DNA of 64,000 nt from positions 6,447 through 70,446 of the forward strand of contig JBAZUO010000002.1 in assembly GCA_041661345.1 (NCBI GenBank), read 5' to 3'. This DNA is from Candidatus Omnitrophota bacterium. GTDB lineage: Bacteria > Omnitrophota > Gorgyraeia > 2-01-FULL-45-10. This document shows positions 52,822 through 62,659 of this stretch, piece by piece. Position 1 is the stretch's first letter. Every line of letters begins with the position of its first letter. The translations under genes and the position numbers were made by a program. The notes under the pieces were generated by a model that saw only the letters and a list, made by a program, of their open reading frames with translations, made no database searches and had not been told where the DNA came from.

Positions 52822-53781
52822 ATGTCTAAGATGATAGCCAGGAAGGTTTTGAGGATAGAACGGGACGCGATATCGAGCCTCGAGAAGAGGATAGATTCTA
52901 ATTTTGAAAAGATCGTAAACGTTATCTGCAGGGTGAAGGGGCGGATAGTTGTTACCGGTATGGGCAAGCCCGGATTTATCGCGCAGAAGATATCGGCTAC
53001 GCTTTCATCCACCGGCACGCCGTCGTTATATCTGCATCCGGCGGAGGCCCTGCATGGAGACCTGGGAAGGGTGACGAAAGACGACCTTATTCTTGCTCTT
53101 TCAAACAGCGGTGAAACCGAGGAGGTTGTGAAGCTTCTCCCGATCGTAAAGAAGATAGGCGCAAAACTTGTCGCTATGACCGGTAATACGCTCTCGACGC
53201 TCGCAAAATTTTCCGATTACACGATCGATGTATCTGTCAAACGTGAAGCCTGTCCCCTGGGGCTCGCGCCCACGACATCCACCACCGCGATGCTGGCGAT
53301 GGGGGATGCGCTTGCAGTAGCGCTATTGGATAAGAAAAAATTCAAAGAGAAAGATTTTGCGTTCTATCATCCGGGCGGAATATTGGGAAAGCGCCTCATA
53401 CTGAAGGTCGGTGATATTATGCGTAAGGGCGCCGGCAATCCGATCGTGAAGAAGAATGCAAAAGTAAAGAAGGTTCTTCTCGCGATCACAAAGGCCCGCG
53501 CGGGAAGCGCCAGCGTTGTGGATTCGAATGGCAGGCTTATAGGTATATTTACGGACGGAGATTTGAGGCGTCAGCTTGAATTGACGCCGAACCTGGTGGA
53601 AAAAGAGGTCGGGTTTGTGATGACAAAAAATCCAACCGTGATAGACAAGGAACGCCTGGCCGCGGAGGCGTTTGATATTCTACGCTCCAAGAGGATAGAC
53701 GAGCTTCCGGTGGTAGACCATAAGTATCGCCCGATCGGGTTGATCGACGTTCAGGATTTATTGAAGGCGGGCCTGGTATGA
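52822..53781 (+). CDS. kdsD: arabinose-5-phosphate isomerase (KdsD/KpsF, SIS + 2 CBS)
   Basis: GRIVVTGMGKPGFIAQKISATLSSTGTPS, LSNSGETEE, and tandem C-terminal CBS domains. Confidence 0.92.
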   Translation: MSKMIARKVLRIERDAISSLEKRIDSNFEKIVNVICRVKGRIVVTGMGKPGFIAQKISATLSSTGTPSLYLHPAEALHGDLGRVTKDDLILALSNSGETEEVVKLLPIVKKIGAKLVAMTGNTLSTLAKFSDYTIDVSVKREACPLGLAPTTSTTAMLAMGDALAVALLDKKKFKEKDFAFYHPGGILGKRLILKVGDIMRKGAGNPIVKKNAKVKKVLLAITKARAGSASVVDSNGRLIGIFTDGDLRRQLELTPNLVEKEVGFVMTKNPTVIDKERLAAEAFDILRSKRIDELPVVDHKYRPIGLIDVQDLLKAGLV

Positions 53782-54305
53782 TAGGTCAGGATATTCTGGA
53801 TAGGGCCAAGCGTGTTAAGATTCTGATACTTGATATAGATGGGGTGATGACCGACGGCCGGATAATATATTCCGTTTACGGTGATGAGCTCAAGTTTTTT
53901 GATGTACAGGATGGTTTCGGCATATCGCTTTTAAACAAGGCCGGCATAAAGAGCGTAATAATCACCGCCAAGAAGTCCAGGATAGTAAAATTACGCGCCC
54001 GTGATATGAGGGTGGCAAGGGCATATCAGGGATTCGTTGACAAGACAATTCCCTTCAATGATGTAGTAAGGCGTTTTAAAGTGAAACCCGAAGAGATATG
54101 TTTCATGGGAGACGATCTTATAGACATCCCCGTGTTGAGGCGCGTGGGCTTCGCGGTAGCTGTTCCGAATGCGGTTGATGAAGTGAAGCGCTCGGTGCAT
54201 CACATTACATCTAAAATGGGCGGTCGTGGGGCCGTGCGCGAAATCTGTGATCTCATCCTCAAATCCCAGGACAAATGGGACCTTGCCGCTAAAAAATTTA
54301 TTTAG
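53778..54305 (+). CDS. kdsC: Kdo-8-phosphate phosphatase (HAD family)
   Basis: LILDIDGVMTDGRI, FDVQDG, MGDDLIDIP. Confidence 0.9.
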   Translation: MIGQDILDRAKRVKILILDIDGVMTDGRIIYSVYGDELKFFDVQDGFGISLLNKAGIKSVIITAKKSRIVKLRARDMRVARAYQGFVDKTIPFNDVVRRFKVKPEEICFMGDDLIDIPVLRRVGFAVAVPNAVDEVKRSVHHITSKMGGRGAVREICDLILKSQDKWDLAAKKFI

Positions 54306-54308
54306 AAT

Positions 54309-55199
54309 ATGAAATTCAAGTTAAGAAGATATTACCTGTACTATCTTGGCCGATCACTTGCCTTCGTTTTCTACCTTATCCCGCTCAATGTGGGAATTCA
54401 TATGGCGGAGGCCCTGGGCCGCGCCGCCTTTAACCTGCTCCCCAAATACAGGCACCTTACTATAAATAATCTTAAAGCCGCGTTTGGGTCCGAAAAGACT
54501 GAAGCCGAGATACAGCAGATAGCAAAGGGCGTATTTATAAATCTGGCGAAGAGCGCGGCGGAATTGGTTAACTTCCCAAAAATAAACGAAAGCAACATAC
54601 GCGATTATGTTACGCTGAAGAACCCCGAGATATTGGATTCGGCTTTTAGCAAGGGCAAGGGTGTGATAATAATAACGGCCCACATCGGCAATTGGGAGTT
54701 GATGGCTGCGGGCCTGAGGTTGTACGGTTATCCCGGCGTTACCGTGGGAAGAAGGATCTATTTTCACAAGTATGACAAGTATCTTAATTATTTAAGGAAG
54801 ACACATGATGTTAATGTCATATACAGGGACGAGTCGCCGCGAAAGATATTAAAGGTCCTTAGGGAAAATAGGATAGTGGGCATCGTTGCCGATCAGGATG
54901 TTGACGCCGTAGAGGGGGTATTTATCGATTTTTTTGGAAAAAGCGCTTATACACCGGCCGGTCCCGCGATGATAGCGGCAGTCAGTAAGGCAAGCCTGGT
55001 GCCGGTCTTTATAGTGCGAGAGGGTAGTCGCCATGAGCTTATCGTGGAAAAACCCATAGAGCTGACCGATACCGGCAACAAAGAAGAGGACCTAATTAAG
55101 AATACACAGAAATGGTCGAATGTGGTAGAATCATATATAAGAAAATATCCCGACCAGTGGGTGTGGATGCATCGAAGATGGAAGACCAAAAAATCTTAA
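54309..55199 (+). CDS. lipid A biosynthesis (Kdo2-lipid IVA) acyltransferase family protein
   Basis: LpxL/HtrB-type HX4E motif in ITAHIGNWELMA, VADQD, and PDQWVWMHRRWK. Confidence 0.8.
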   Translation: MKFKLRRYYLYYLGRSLAFVFYLIPLNVGIHMAEALGRAAFNLLPKYRHLTINNLKAAFGSEKTEAEIQQIAKGVFINLAKSAAELVNFPKINESNIRDYVTLKNPEILDSAFSKGKGVIIITAHIGNWELMAAGLRLYGYPGVTVGRRIYFHKYDKYLNYLRKTHDVNVIYRDESPRKILKVLRENRIVGIVADQDVDAVEGVFIDFFGKSAYTPAGPAMIAAVSKASLVPVFIVREGSRHELIVEKPIELTDTGNKEEDLIKNTQKWSNVVESYIRKYPDQWVWMHRRWKTKKS

Positions 55200-55204
55200 A
55201 GCCG

Positions 55205-55990
55205 ATGAAAAAGATCATCATATATCTTGTGCTTGTCTGTGCCGTCGTTTACGGCTGCGCGAAGAAGGAAGCGCCGAAACCGGTGGAGCCTCCAAAACAG
55301 GCGGCTGTCGAAACCCCGCCGGCGGATTTCGTAAAACATAAGGTCATGTCATTTGACCTGGAGGGGCTTAACGACAACGGTTCGAAGAAGTGGGATGTCA
55401 AAGGCGAGTCGGCGGAGGCCATTGCCGAAAATCAGGTGCAGTTAAATAATGTAGTTGCCAATTCCTACGGCGAGAATGATCAGGCGACGATCAGCGCGAA
55501 TAAGGGTATCTATGACAAGGTCAATAATAGCGTACGCCTGGAAGAGAATGTTAAGGCGACGATAGAGAATACCGGCCAGAATCAGGCGCCGGACATAATG
55601 AACTTCTCGGGATTGACGAATAGTTCCCCGGATCCAAAAGAACAAAAGGTCGACAAGGGAAAGAAGACGAGGACCCAGATCACATGCGATGGAGAGGCTC
55701 AGTTTAATTACGAAAAAAATTTGGCATATTTCAATAAGAACGTTAAGGTAGTGAATGAAGAGGGCTACATAAATGCGGATAAGATAACGGTCGATCTGGA
55801 CCCAGTTACGAAGAAGGTGTATCAAATCGTGGCCGAGGGTAATGTCAAAATTCAGAGGGGTGAGAATACGACGTACAGCAATAAGGCTACATACGTGGAA
55901 GCAGATAAGAAGATCATCCTGGAAGGCCAGCCGAGGCTTGTCATATATCAGGAAGGCAATCTCCAGGATAACGTATTCGGAAAGAAATAA
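55205..55990 (+). CDS. LptC/LptA-like (OstA-fold) lipoprotein
   Basis: Lipobox-like LVCAVVYGC. OstA-type strands include ADKITVDLDPVTKKVYQIVAEGNVKIQRGENTTYSNKATY. I prefer ATG 55205 over the track start 55112, which lies inside the upstream gene. Confidence 0.7.
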   Translation: MKKIIIYLVLVCAVVYGCAKKEAPKPVEPPKQAAVETPPADFVKHKVMSFDLEGLNDNGSKKWDVKGESAEAIAENQVQLNNVVANSYGENDQATISANKGIYDKVNNSVRLEENVKATIENTGQNQAPDIMNFSGLTNSSPDPKEQKVDKGKKTRTQITCDGEAQFNYEKNLAYFNKNVKVVNEEGYINADKITVDLDPVTKKVYQIVAEGNVKIQRGENTTYSNKATYVEADKKIILEGQPRLVIYQEGNLQDNVFGKK

Positions 55991-55991
55991 T

Positions 55992-56714
55992 ATGCATCTA
56001 TTGGAAGCCACAGGTCTTGTAAAACAGTACGGTTCGCGGCGTGTTGTTAACTCTATCGATATCGATGTCAAGAGGGGCGAGGTTGTGGGCCTTCTGGGGC
56101 CGAACGGCGCCGGCAAAACGACGACCTTTTACATGATCACGGGAATAGTGAAGCCGGACCAGGGAAGAATAGTTTTCGATAAACAGGATATAACCGACAT
56201 GCCGCTTCATGTGAGAGCACGGTATGGTATAGGTTATCTCTCTCAGGACCCTTCGATATTTAGAAAGCTTACCGTGGAAGAAAATATCATGGCTGTTCTT
56301 GAAACGCTGGAGTTCTCACCGCGCGAACGCAGGCGAAGATGCGATGAATTATTGAATGAACTGAAGATATCGCACTTGGGAAAGAACAAGGCGTACACGC
56401 TGTCCGGTGGGGAGAAGAGGCGGGTCGAGATCACGCGGGCCCTTGTAACGAATCCGCTATTTATTCTTCTCGATGAGCCCTTTAGCGGCATTGACCCGAT
56501 AGCTGTAGCGGAGTGTCAGGAGATAATCAAGGAACTTAAGGCAAAGGGTTTAGGGATTCTCCTCACTGATCATAATGTCAGGGAGACTCTTACCATCACG
56601 GATCGGTCCTACCTCATGGCGGGTGGGAAGATCCTGATCTCCGGCACAAAGGATGATCTTATATCCAGCCCCAAAGCCAGGGAATTATATCTCGGCGAAA
56701 AATTTACAATGTAG
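55992..56714 (+). CDS. lptB: LPS export ABC transporter ATP-binding protein LptB
   Basis: GLLGPNGAGKTT, LSGGEKRRVEI, ILLDEPFSGIDP. ATG 55992; the track start 55842 lies inside the upstream gene. Confidence 0.93.
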   Translation: MHLLEATGLVKQYGSRRVVNSIDIDVKRGEVVGLLGPNGAGKTTTFYMITGIVKPDQGRIVFDKQDITDMPLHVRARYGIGYLSQDPSIFRKLTVEENIMAVLETLEFSPRERRRRCDELLNELKISHLGKNKAYTLSGGEKRRVEITRALVTNPLFILLDEPFSGIDPIAVAECQEIIKELKAKGLGILLTDHNVRETLTITDRSYLMAGGKILISGTKDDLISSPKARELYLGEKFTM

Positions 56715-56731
56715 GATTTTTGTGATATAAT
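56703..56731 (+). promoter_or_regulatory. sigma70-type promoter (extended -10) of tig-clpP
   Basis: TTTACA (56703-56708), 17-nt spacer ending in TGa, TATAAT (56726-56731). It overlaps the lptB 3' end. Confidence 0.55.
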
Positions 56732-56761
56732 GCTTTTTCTTTAAATTTGAAAAAGGATACA

Positions 56762-58036
56762 ATGAAATCTAAATTGAAATCGATAGAAGAATGCACGACG
56801 CTATTTGAGATAGAAGTCCCCGCTAAAGATATCGCCACAGCATTCGAAGAGGTATACAACGAAATCACGAAGGTCGCGAACATCCCCGGCTTCAGGGTGG
56901 GTAAGGCGCCCAAGGAATTGGTAAAGAAGCATTACTCAAAGAACGCGAAGGATGAGGTTCTCCAGCGCCTCATCCCGGAGGCTTACAGGATGGCGCTTAC
57001 AGAGCACAAGGTAAATCCGGTGGGGCTACCCGAGATAAGCGATGTCAAATTTGAAGAAGAGAAACTTCTGTCATTCAAGGCGAAGGTCGACACGAGGCCT
57101 AAATTTAAGCTCAAGGATTACAAGGGTATAAAGGTGAGCAGGAAGAAGGTCAATATTTCCGCGGAAGATGTCGACAAAACGCTTCAAAATCTCCGGGAAC
57201 TTAACGCAACATACGTAACCGCTGAAGATAGGCCGGTACAGATGGGAGATTATGCCGTGAGCGACATGGAATGTTTTGTTGACGGCAAACCGCTCCATCA
57301 GAAAAGAGAGAACCTGTGGCTCTTCGTGGATAAGGATTCCACAGTGCCGGGGCTTTCCGAGCAGATGGTTGGCATCAAGAAGGGCGAGTTGAAGGACATA
57401 GAGCTTAACTTGCCGAAAAATTATCCTGATAAGTTTGCTGCCGGAAAGAGCGCCAAATATCATATCCTCGTGAAAGACATAAAGGTTCGCAAACTTCCCG
57501 AGATCAATGATGACCTGGCTAAGGGGTTGGGCAAGGATAGTATTGAAGATGTGAAAAAAGAGATATCCAAGGAACTCGAATACCGGGGTAAGATAAATGC
57601 CGAGGTCGAGTGCGAAAACGAGCTTCTCGGTAAGCTTATGGATGACAACGTTTTTGAGGTGCCATCCAATTTTGTTAATAGGCAGATCGAATACATGGTA
57701 GAGGATGCAAAGCGGCATCTCATGGAAAAAGGATTTAAAAAAGAAGATCTCGATAAAAAGAACGACGAATTGAAGGATAAATTCAAGAGCGATGCCGTAA
57801 GGCGAGTTAGGCTTTTATTTATACTCGATGACATAGCAAGAAACGAGAAGATAGAAGTGTCCGACAGCGATGTGCAGGATGCGTATAAATCGATCGCGAC
57901 CCAGACCGGCAAGGCTGAAGATGCCGTTAAAAATTACTACGAAAAGGAAGAGCTGGTTGACGGTTTGAAAGATAAAATAAAAGAAACTAAAGCAATACAA
58001 TTTTTGCTTAAAGCAGCTGAGATAACCGAAAAATAG
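56762..58036 (+). CDS. tig: trigger factor
   Basis: FEIEVPAKDI, IPGFRVGKAP (ribosome-binding signature), and a central FKBP-type region. I prefer ATG 56762 after AAGGA over the track TTG at 56747. Confidence 0.92.
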   Translation: MKSKLKSIEECTTLFEIEVPAKDIATAFEEVYNEITKVANIPGFRVGKAPKELVKKHYSKNAKDEVLQRLIPEAYRMALTEHKVNPVGLPEISDVKFEEEKLLSFKAKVDTRPKFKLKDYKGIKVSRKKVNISAEDVDKTLQNLRELNATYVTAEDRPVQMGDYAVSDMECFVDGKPLHQKRENLWLFVDKDSTVPGLSEQMVGIKKGELKDIELNLPKNYPDKFAAGKSAKYHILVKDIKVRKLPEINDDLAKGLGKDSIEDVKKEISKELEYRGKINAEVECENELLGKLMDDNVFEVPSNFVNRQIEYMVEDAKRHLMEKGFKKEDLDKKNDELKDKFKSDAVRRVRLLFILDDIARNEKIEVSDSDVQDAYKSIATQTGKAEDAVKNYYEKEELVDGLKDKIKETKAIQFLLKAAEITEK

Positions 58037-58048
58037 GGAGGTACGTTT

Positions 58049-58645
58049 ATGAGTATACTGGTTCCTATGGTAATCGAGACCACCGGAAGATCGGAAAGGG
58101 CTTACGATATCTATTCAAGGTTGCTTAAAGACAGGATAATATTCATCGGGACGGCGATCGATGATAACGTCTCGAATATCATCATCGCACAGCTTTTGTT
58201 TTTACAGATGGAAGATGGCGATAAGGATATAAGTGTATATATCAATACGCCGGGCGGATCAGTGACGAGCGGGCTTGCGATCTACGATACGATGCAGTTC
58301 GTAAAACCTGACGTAAATACCTATTGTGTTGGGCAGGCGTCTAGTATGGGAGCGCTTCTTCTCGCGGCCGGGACGGCAAAAAAGCGTCACGCGCTTCCGC
58401 ACGCGAGAATAATGATACACCAGCCATGGGGCGGCTTCCAGGGGCAGGCCACAGACATAAGCATACAGGCCCAGGAGATCCTGCGGCTGCGTGCAAGGAT
58501 AGAGGAGATACTGGCGAAACATACGAAGCAGCCTCTCGATAAGATCAAAAAGGATACGGACAGGGATTACTTCATGTCGGCCGAAGAGGCGAAGGATTAT
58601 GGAATAGTCGACGAAGTGATAGCTAACATTGCTAAGAAAAAATAA
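58049..58645 (+). CDS. clpP: ATP-dependent Clp protease proteolytic subunit
   Basis: [25 protein letters not shown] (catalytic Ser), IMIHQP. Confidence 0.96.
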   Translation: MSILVPMVIETTGRSERAYDIYSRLLKDRIIFIGTAIDDNVSNIIIAQLLFLQMEDGDKDISVYINTPGGSVTSGLAIYDTMQFVKPDVNTYCVGQASSMGALLLAAGTAKKRHALPHARIMIHQPWGGFQGQATDISIQAQEILRLRARIEEILAKHTKQPLDKIKKDTDRDYFMSAEEAKDYGIVDEVIANIAKKK

Positions 58646-58665
58646 AATAAGATAAGAGGACCCAG

Positions 58666-59799
58666 ATGAGCAAGAAATATTTGATGACGCCCGGCCCGAC
58701 GCCGGTGCCGGAAGAGATACGTAATGAGATGGCCAAGCCTATAATTCACCACAGGACGAAGGAGTACCAGGGGATATTCAAGGAAGTGACCGAGGGATTG
58801 CAGAAGATATTCAAGACCTCGGGCGACGTCTTCACATTTACTTCGAGCGGAACGGGGGCTATGGAAGCGTCGATCGTCAACGTGCTTTCACCGGGGGACA
58901 AGATCATAGTCGTGCGCGGCGGAAAGTTCGGCGAAAGATTCGGCGACATAGCCAAAGCATATAATGTCGAAGTGATACCGGTGGACGTGGAATGGGGATC
59001 GGCTCCGAAGCCGGAAGTGATCGCGGATGTTTTAAAGAAAAATCCGGATGCGAAAGCCGTTTACGCCACACTGTGCGAAACTTCGACCGCAACTGCGTAT
59101 GATATAAAGGCGATCGGAGAGATATTAAGAAAGACGAGCGCGCTTTTCATAGTGGATGCGATAAGCGGCCTGGGTGCCGACGATTTCGAAAATGACGCGT
59201 GGGGCGTCGACATCGCAATTTGCGGTTCTCAGAAGGGTCTTATGATACCTCCGGGTCTGGCATTCTGTACCGTGAGCCCCAAGGCATGGAAGGCGATCGA
59301 GACTTCGCAGCTGCCGAAATTTTATTTCAATTTCAAAAAATACAAAAAGGCGTATGCCGATACCGATACACCGTTTACCTCGGCAATAACACTGGTTATA
59401 GGATTGAAGAAAGCGCTGGAGATGATTAATACGAAAGGTGTCGATAATGTTATAGCCGAACATCGGAATCAGGCGAAGGCATTTCGCGAGGCGATGAAGG
59501 CGATGGGGTTGGGCATATTTTCAAAATCACCGTCCAATGCCGTCACCGGTGTAAACGCGCCTTCCGGGATCAATGCCGATGACATCATTAAATTGTTGAA
59601 GACCGAATACGGTGTTACTTTCGCGGGCGGGCAGGGGGATCTTAAAGGTAAGATCTTCAGGGTTGCCCACATGGGTGGTATCGATAAGGAGCACACGATT
59701 GAGTCTATCAGGGCTCTGGAACAGGCACTCGTTAAGTTGGGATATAAGTTTAAGGCGGGCAGCGGATTAACCGCGGCGCAAAAATTATTGAGAGGCTAA
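58666..59799 (+). CDS. class V PLP aminotransferase (serine-pyruvate / phosphoserine aminotransferase-like)
   Basis: LMTPGPTPVP, DAISGLG, CGSQKGLMIPPGL (PLP lysine). It is adjacent to serA. Confidence 0.8.
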   Translation: MSKKYLMTPGPTPVPEEIRNEMAKPIIHHRTKEYQGIFKEVTEGLQKIFKTSGDVFTFTSSGTGAMEASIVNVLSPGDKIIVVRGGKFGERFGDIAKAYNVEVIPVDVEWGSAPKPEVIADVLKKNPDAKAVYATLCETSTATAYDIKAIGEILRKTSALFIVDAISGLGADDFENDAWGVDIAICGSQKGLMIPPGLAFCTVSPKAWKAIETSQLPKFYFNFKKYKKAYADTDTPFTSAITLVIGLKKALEMINTKGVDNVIAEHRNQAKAFREAMKAMGLGIFSKSPSNAVTGVNAPSGINADDIIKLLKTEYGVTFAGGQGDLKGKIFRVAHMGGIDKEHTIESIRALEQALVKLGYKFKAGSGLTAAQKLLRG

Positions 59800-59801
59800 A
59801 G

Positions 59802-61388
59802 ATGGCATTTAAGGTTTTGATAAGCGATTCTCTTTCGAAGGAGGCCGTAGATATACTGCAGAAGGAAAAAGAGTTCAAGGTAGATGTCAACACCAAGCTT
59901 ACGCCGGAAGAGCTCAAAAAGGTAATTAAGGATTATGACGCGCTTCTGGTGAGAAGCGCTACAAAAGTAACCAAGGATATCATAAGCGCTGCCGATAAGC
60001 TTAAAATAATCGGCCGCGCAGGTGTCGGCCTTGACAATGTTGACGTGGAAGCCGCATCGAAGAAAGGTGTCATTGTAGTCAATACGCCGGGCGGAAATAC
60101 GATATCTACCGCGGAACATACATTCTCCATGATGCTCGCGCTTTCACGGAATATTCCGCAGGCCGATCTTTCTATGAGAAAAGGCGAATGGGAAAGAAAA
60201 AAATTCATGGGCGTGGAATTATATGGCAAGACGCTGGGTATTGCGGGCTTAGGAAGGATAGGTACAGAGGTTGCGAAGCGTGCGTTAAGTTTCGGGATGA
60301 AGGTGCTGGCGTACGATCCATACCTTTCTGCGGAGAAGGCCAAGGATTTGGGGATCGAGCCCGCAGATTTAAATCATTTATTTAAAGAATCCGACTATAT
60401 TACAGTTCACACGCCGCTGACGGATGAAACGCGGCATATGATCTCAGATAAAGAATTCGGTATTATGAAAAAGGGTGTACGAATACTCAACTGCGCGCGA
60501 GGCGGTATAGTAGATGAAGAGGCGCTCGCACGGGCTATAGAATCCGGGAAGGTGGCCGGTGCGGCATTTGACGTATACGAGGAGGAGCCTCCAAAAAATT
60601 CGAAATTGTCGAAATTCGAGAAAGTTGTTATGACTCCTCATCTTGGCGCTTCGACCGAAGAGGCCCAGGTTAATGTCGCGATAGATGTTGCAAATACCGT
60701 AAGAGATGCGCTTCTGGGCCGCGGCATCAGAAATGCGGTCAATGTACCGTGTGTTGACGCCGAGATGTATAAGGTGATAGAGCCGTATCTGAAGCTTGCG
60801 GAAAACATCGGATCGATGCATGCGCAATTGGCCGAAGGGCATGTTAAGCGTGTTAAGATCAGATATGTCGGCGATTTGGTTAAGTATGATCTGGCGCCTT
60901 TTACCGTATCGATAATGAAGGGCATGCTTACGCCGATACTTCAGGAAACCGTAAATTATGTCAATGCGCTGGTTATTGCGAAAGAACGCGGCATGAATAT
61001 AATCGAATCGAAGACCGCGGAACTGCGGGATTTTGCCAGCCTTATCGTGGTAGAAGTGGAGACGGACAAAGCCACTTCTGTGATATGCGGCACGCTCTTT
61101 ACAAAAGTGGATCCGAGGATCGTGAAGATAAACGAATTTTATGTCGATTGCGTTCCTACCGGGAATATGCTCATTGTATTTAATAAGGACGTTCCCGGTA
61201 TAATAGGCCAGCTTGGGACTATATTTGGTAAGAATGATATCAACGTGGCGAGCGTATCATTTGGCCGCGAGGAGAAGGGCGGCAGGGCGATCAGCGTATG
61301 GAATGTTGATAGCGATGTCCCGAAGAAGGTGTTGGATGATATGCGAAGCGCCAAGAATGTCGAAGCGGTAAAACTCGTTAAGCTGTAG
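59802..61388 (+). CDS. serA: D-3-phosphoglycerate dehydrogenase (with ASB and ACT domains)
   Basis: GIAGLGRIGTEVAKR, NCARGGIVDE, TPHLGAST, and a C-terminal ACT-like region. Confidence 0.93.
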   Translation: MAFKVLISDSLSKEAVDILQKEKEFKVDVNTKLTPEELKKVIKDYDALLVRSATKVTKDIISAADKLKIIGRAGVGLDNVDVEAASKKGVIVVNTPGGNTISTAEHTFSMMLALSRNIPQADLSMRKGEWERKKFMGVELYGKTLGIAGLGRIGTEVAKRALSFGMKVLAYDPYLSAEKAKDLGIEPADLNHLFKESDYITVHTPLTDETRHMISDKEFGIMKKGVRILNCARGGIVDEEALARAIESGKVAGAAFDVYEEEPPKNSKLSKFEKVVMTPHLGASTEEAQVNVAIDVANTVRDALLGRGIRNAVNVPCVDAEMYKVIEPYLKLAENIGSMHAQLAEGHVKRVKIRYVGDLVKYDLAPFTVSIMKGMLTPILQETVNYVNALVIAKERGMNIIESKTAELRDFASLIVVEVETDKATSVICGTLFTKVDPRIVKINEFYVDCVPTGNMLIVFNKDVPGIIGQLGTIFGKNDINVASVSFGREEKGGRAISVWNVDSDVPKKVLDDMRSAKNVEAVKLVKL

Positions 61389-61411
61389 ATCATAAGAAGA
61401 GGAAAAGTGAG

Positions 61412-62650
61412 ATGAAAAAACAGAATAAAATATACATTGTCGATGTTACCAACAGGGACGGTGTGCAGACTTCGCGGTTGGGGTTGGCAAAGCTTCAGAA
61501 GACGATGATCAACATGTACTTGAATGAAATGGGCGTTACCCAGTCTGAGTTCGGATTCCCAGTGACGAGACACGAGACAAATTATTTAAATGCTAACGTT
61601 GAGCTCACCAAGATGGGTGTTTTGAAGCCGATAATTTTGAGCGGATGGATAAGAGCCATTAGCGAAGACGTCGAGAAGGCCCACAAGATGACGAAGGTAG
61701 AGAATCTGAACCTGTCTATTTCGACATCAGACCAGATGATAAACGGCAAGTTTCAGGGCCGCATGAATAAAGACGATGTGATAAAAGAGATGGTCGAAGC
61801 CGTGCATACCGCAAAAAGGCTTGGATTTAAATATGTGGCCGTGAATGCCGAGGATGCGTCCAGGACGCACATCGACTATCTCATAAAGTTTTCCAGGGCC
61901 GCCAAAAAGGCCGGGGCCCAAAGGATAAGGTATTGCGATACGCTCGGATATGACGACCCATTTACAATTTACGAAAGAGTCAAAGTTCTTGCCGAGGAAG
62001 TCAGGCTTCCCATAGAACTTCATTGTCACAATGACCTCGGCATGGTAGTCGCCTGTTCGGTTGCGGGTGCCAAAGCCGCCATAGACGCAGGTGTCGATGC
62101 TTATATTAACACCACTGTCAACGGGATGGGTGAAAGAGCCGGTAATGCGGATTTAGTAAGTGTCATTCTCGCGTTAAAATATTCAAGCGGTTTTCACGGT
62201 AAGTACATTCTTGATGAGCGGGTGAAGCTCAGTCATGCGTGGAAAATAGCGAAATATGCCTCATATGCCTTCGGTGTGCCGATACCGATAAACCAGCCTG
62301 GTGTAGGCGCCAATGCGTTCGCTCATGAATCAGGGATACATGCGGACGGTGCGCTTAAGGACAGGAGAAACTACGAACTTTATGACTTCGAAGAGCTTGG
62401 CAGGGGTGAGCCCGAGATAATAGATACGGGCCGGCAGATCACGGCGGGCGAATATAGCGGCATAAAAGGGTTCAGGAACGTCTATGATAAACTAGAGGTG
62501 AAATTCAAGGATGATAAAGAGGCTACTAAGATACTGGAGCTTGTCAGATACGCAAATGTTCATACCCAGGAGCCTCTCACGGAAGACGAGTTGATATTTA
62601 TAGCGAAGTACCCGGAGATAGCGCGTAAAATTTTCACGATGTCGCCCTAG
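61412..62650 (+). CDS. HMGL-like 2-oxoacid:acetyl-CoA condensing enzyme (LeuA/NifV/CimA family, specificity unassigned)
   Basis: IVDVTNRDGVQT occupies the position of DTTLRDGEQ. It also has HCHNDLGM and HESGIHADG. Confidence 0.7.
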   Translation: MKKQNKIYIVDVTNRDGVQTSRLGLAKLQKTMINMYLNEMGVTQSEFGFPVTRHETNYLNANVELTKMGVLKPIILSGWIRAISEDVEKAHKMTKVENLNLSISTSDQMINGKFQGRMNKDDVIKEMVEAVHTAKRLGFKYVAVNAEDASRTHIDYLIKFSRAAKKAGAQRIRYCDTLGYDDPFTIYERVKVLAEEVRLPIELHCHNDLGMVVACSVAGAKAAIDAGVDAYINTTVNGMGERAGNADLVSVILALKYSSGFHGKYILDERVKLSHAWKIAKYASYAFGVPIPINQPGVGANAFAHESGIHADGALKDRRNYELYDFEELGRGEPEIIDTGRQITAGEYSGIKGFRNVYDKLEVKFKDDKEATKILELVRYANVHTQEPLTEDELIFIAKYPEIARKIFTMSP

Positions 62651-62659
62651 CGAACGGGC

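Noticed and set aside
8061-56761. Long N-terminal extensions implied by the ORF-track starts 8061, 17124, 40463, 43812, 55112, 55842 and 56747
   Set aside because: Each extension overlaps the upstream gene or lacks an SD. An internal ATG preceded by a good SD reproduces the canonical family N-terminus. The shorter starts were therefore annotated.
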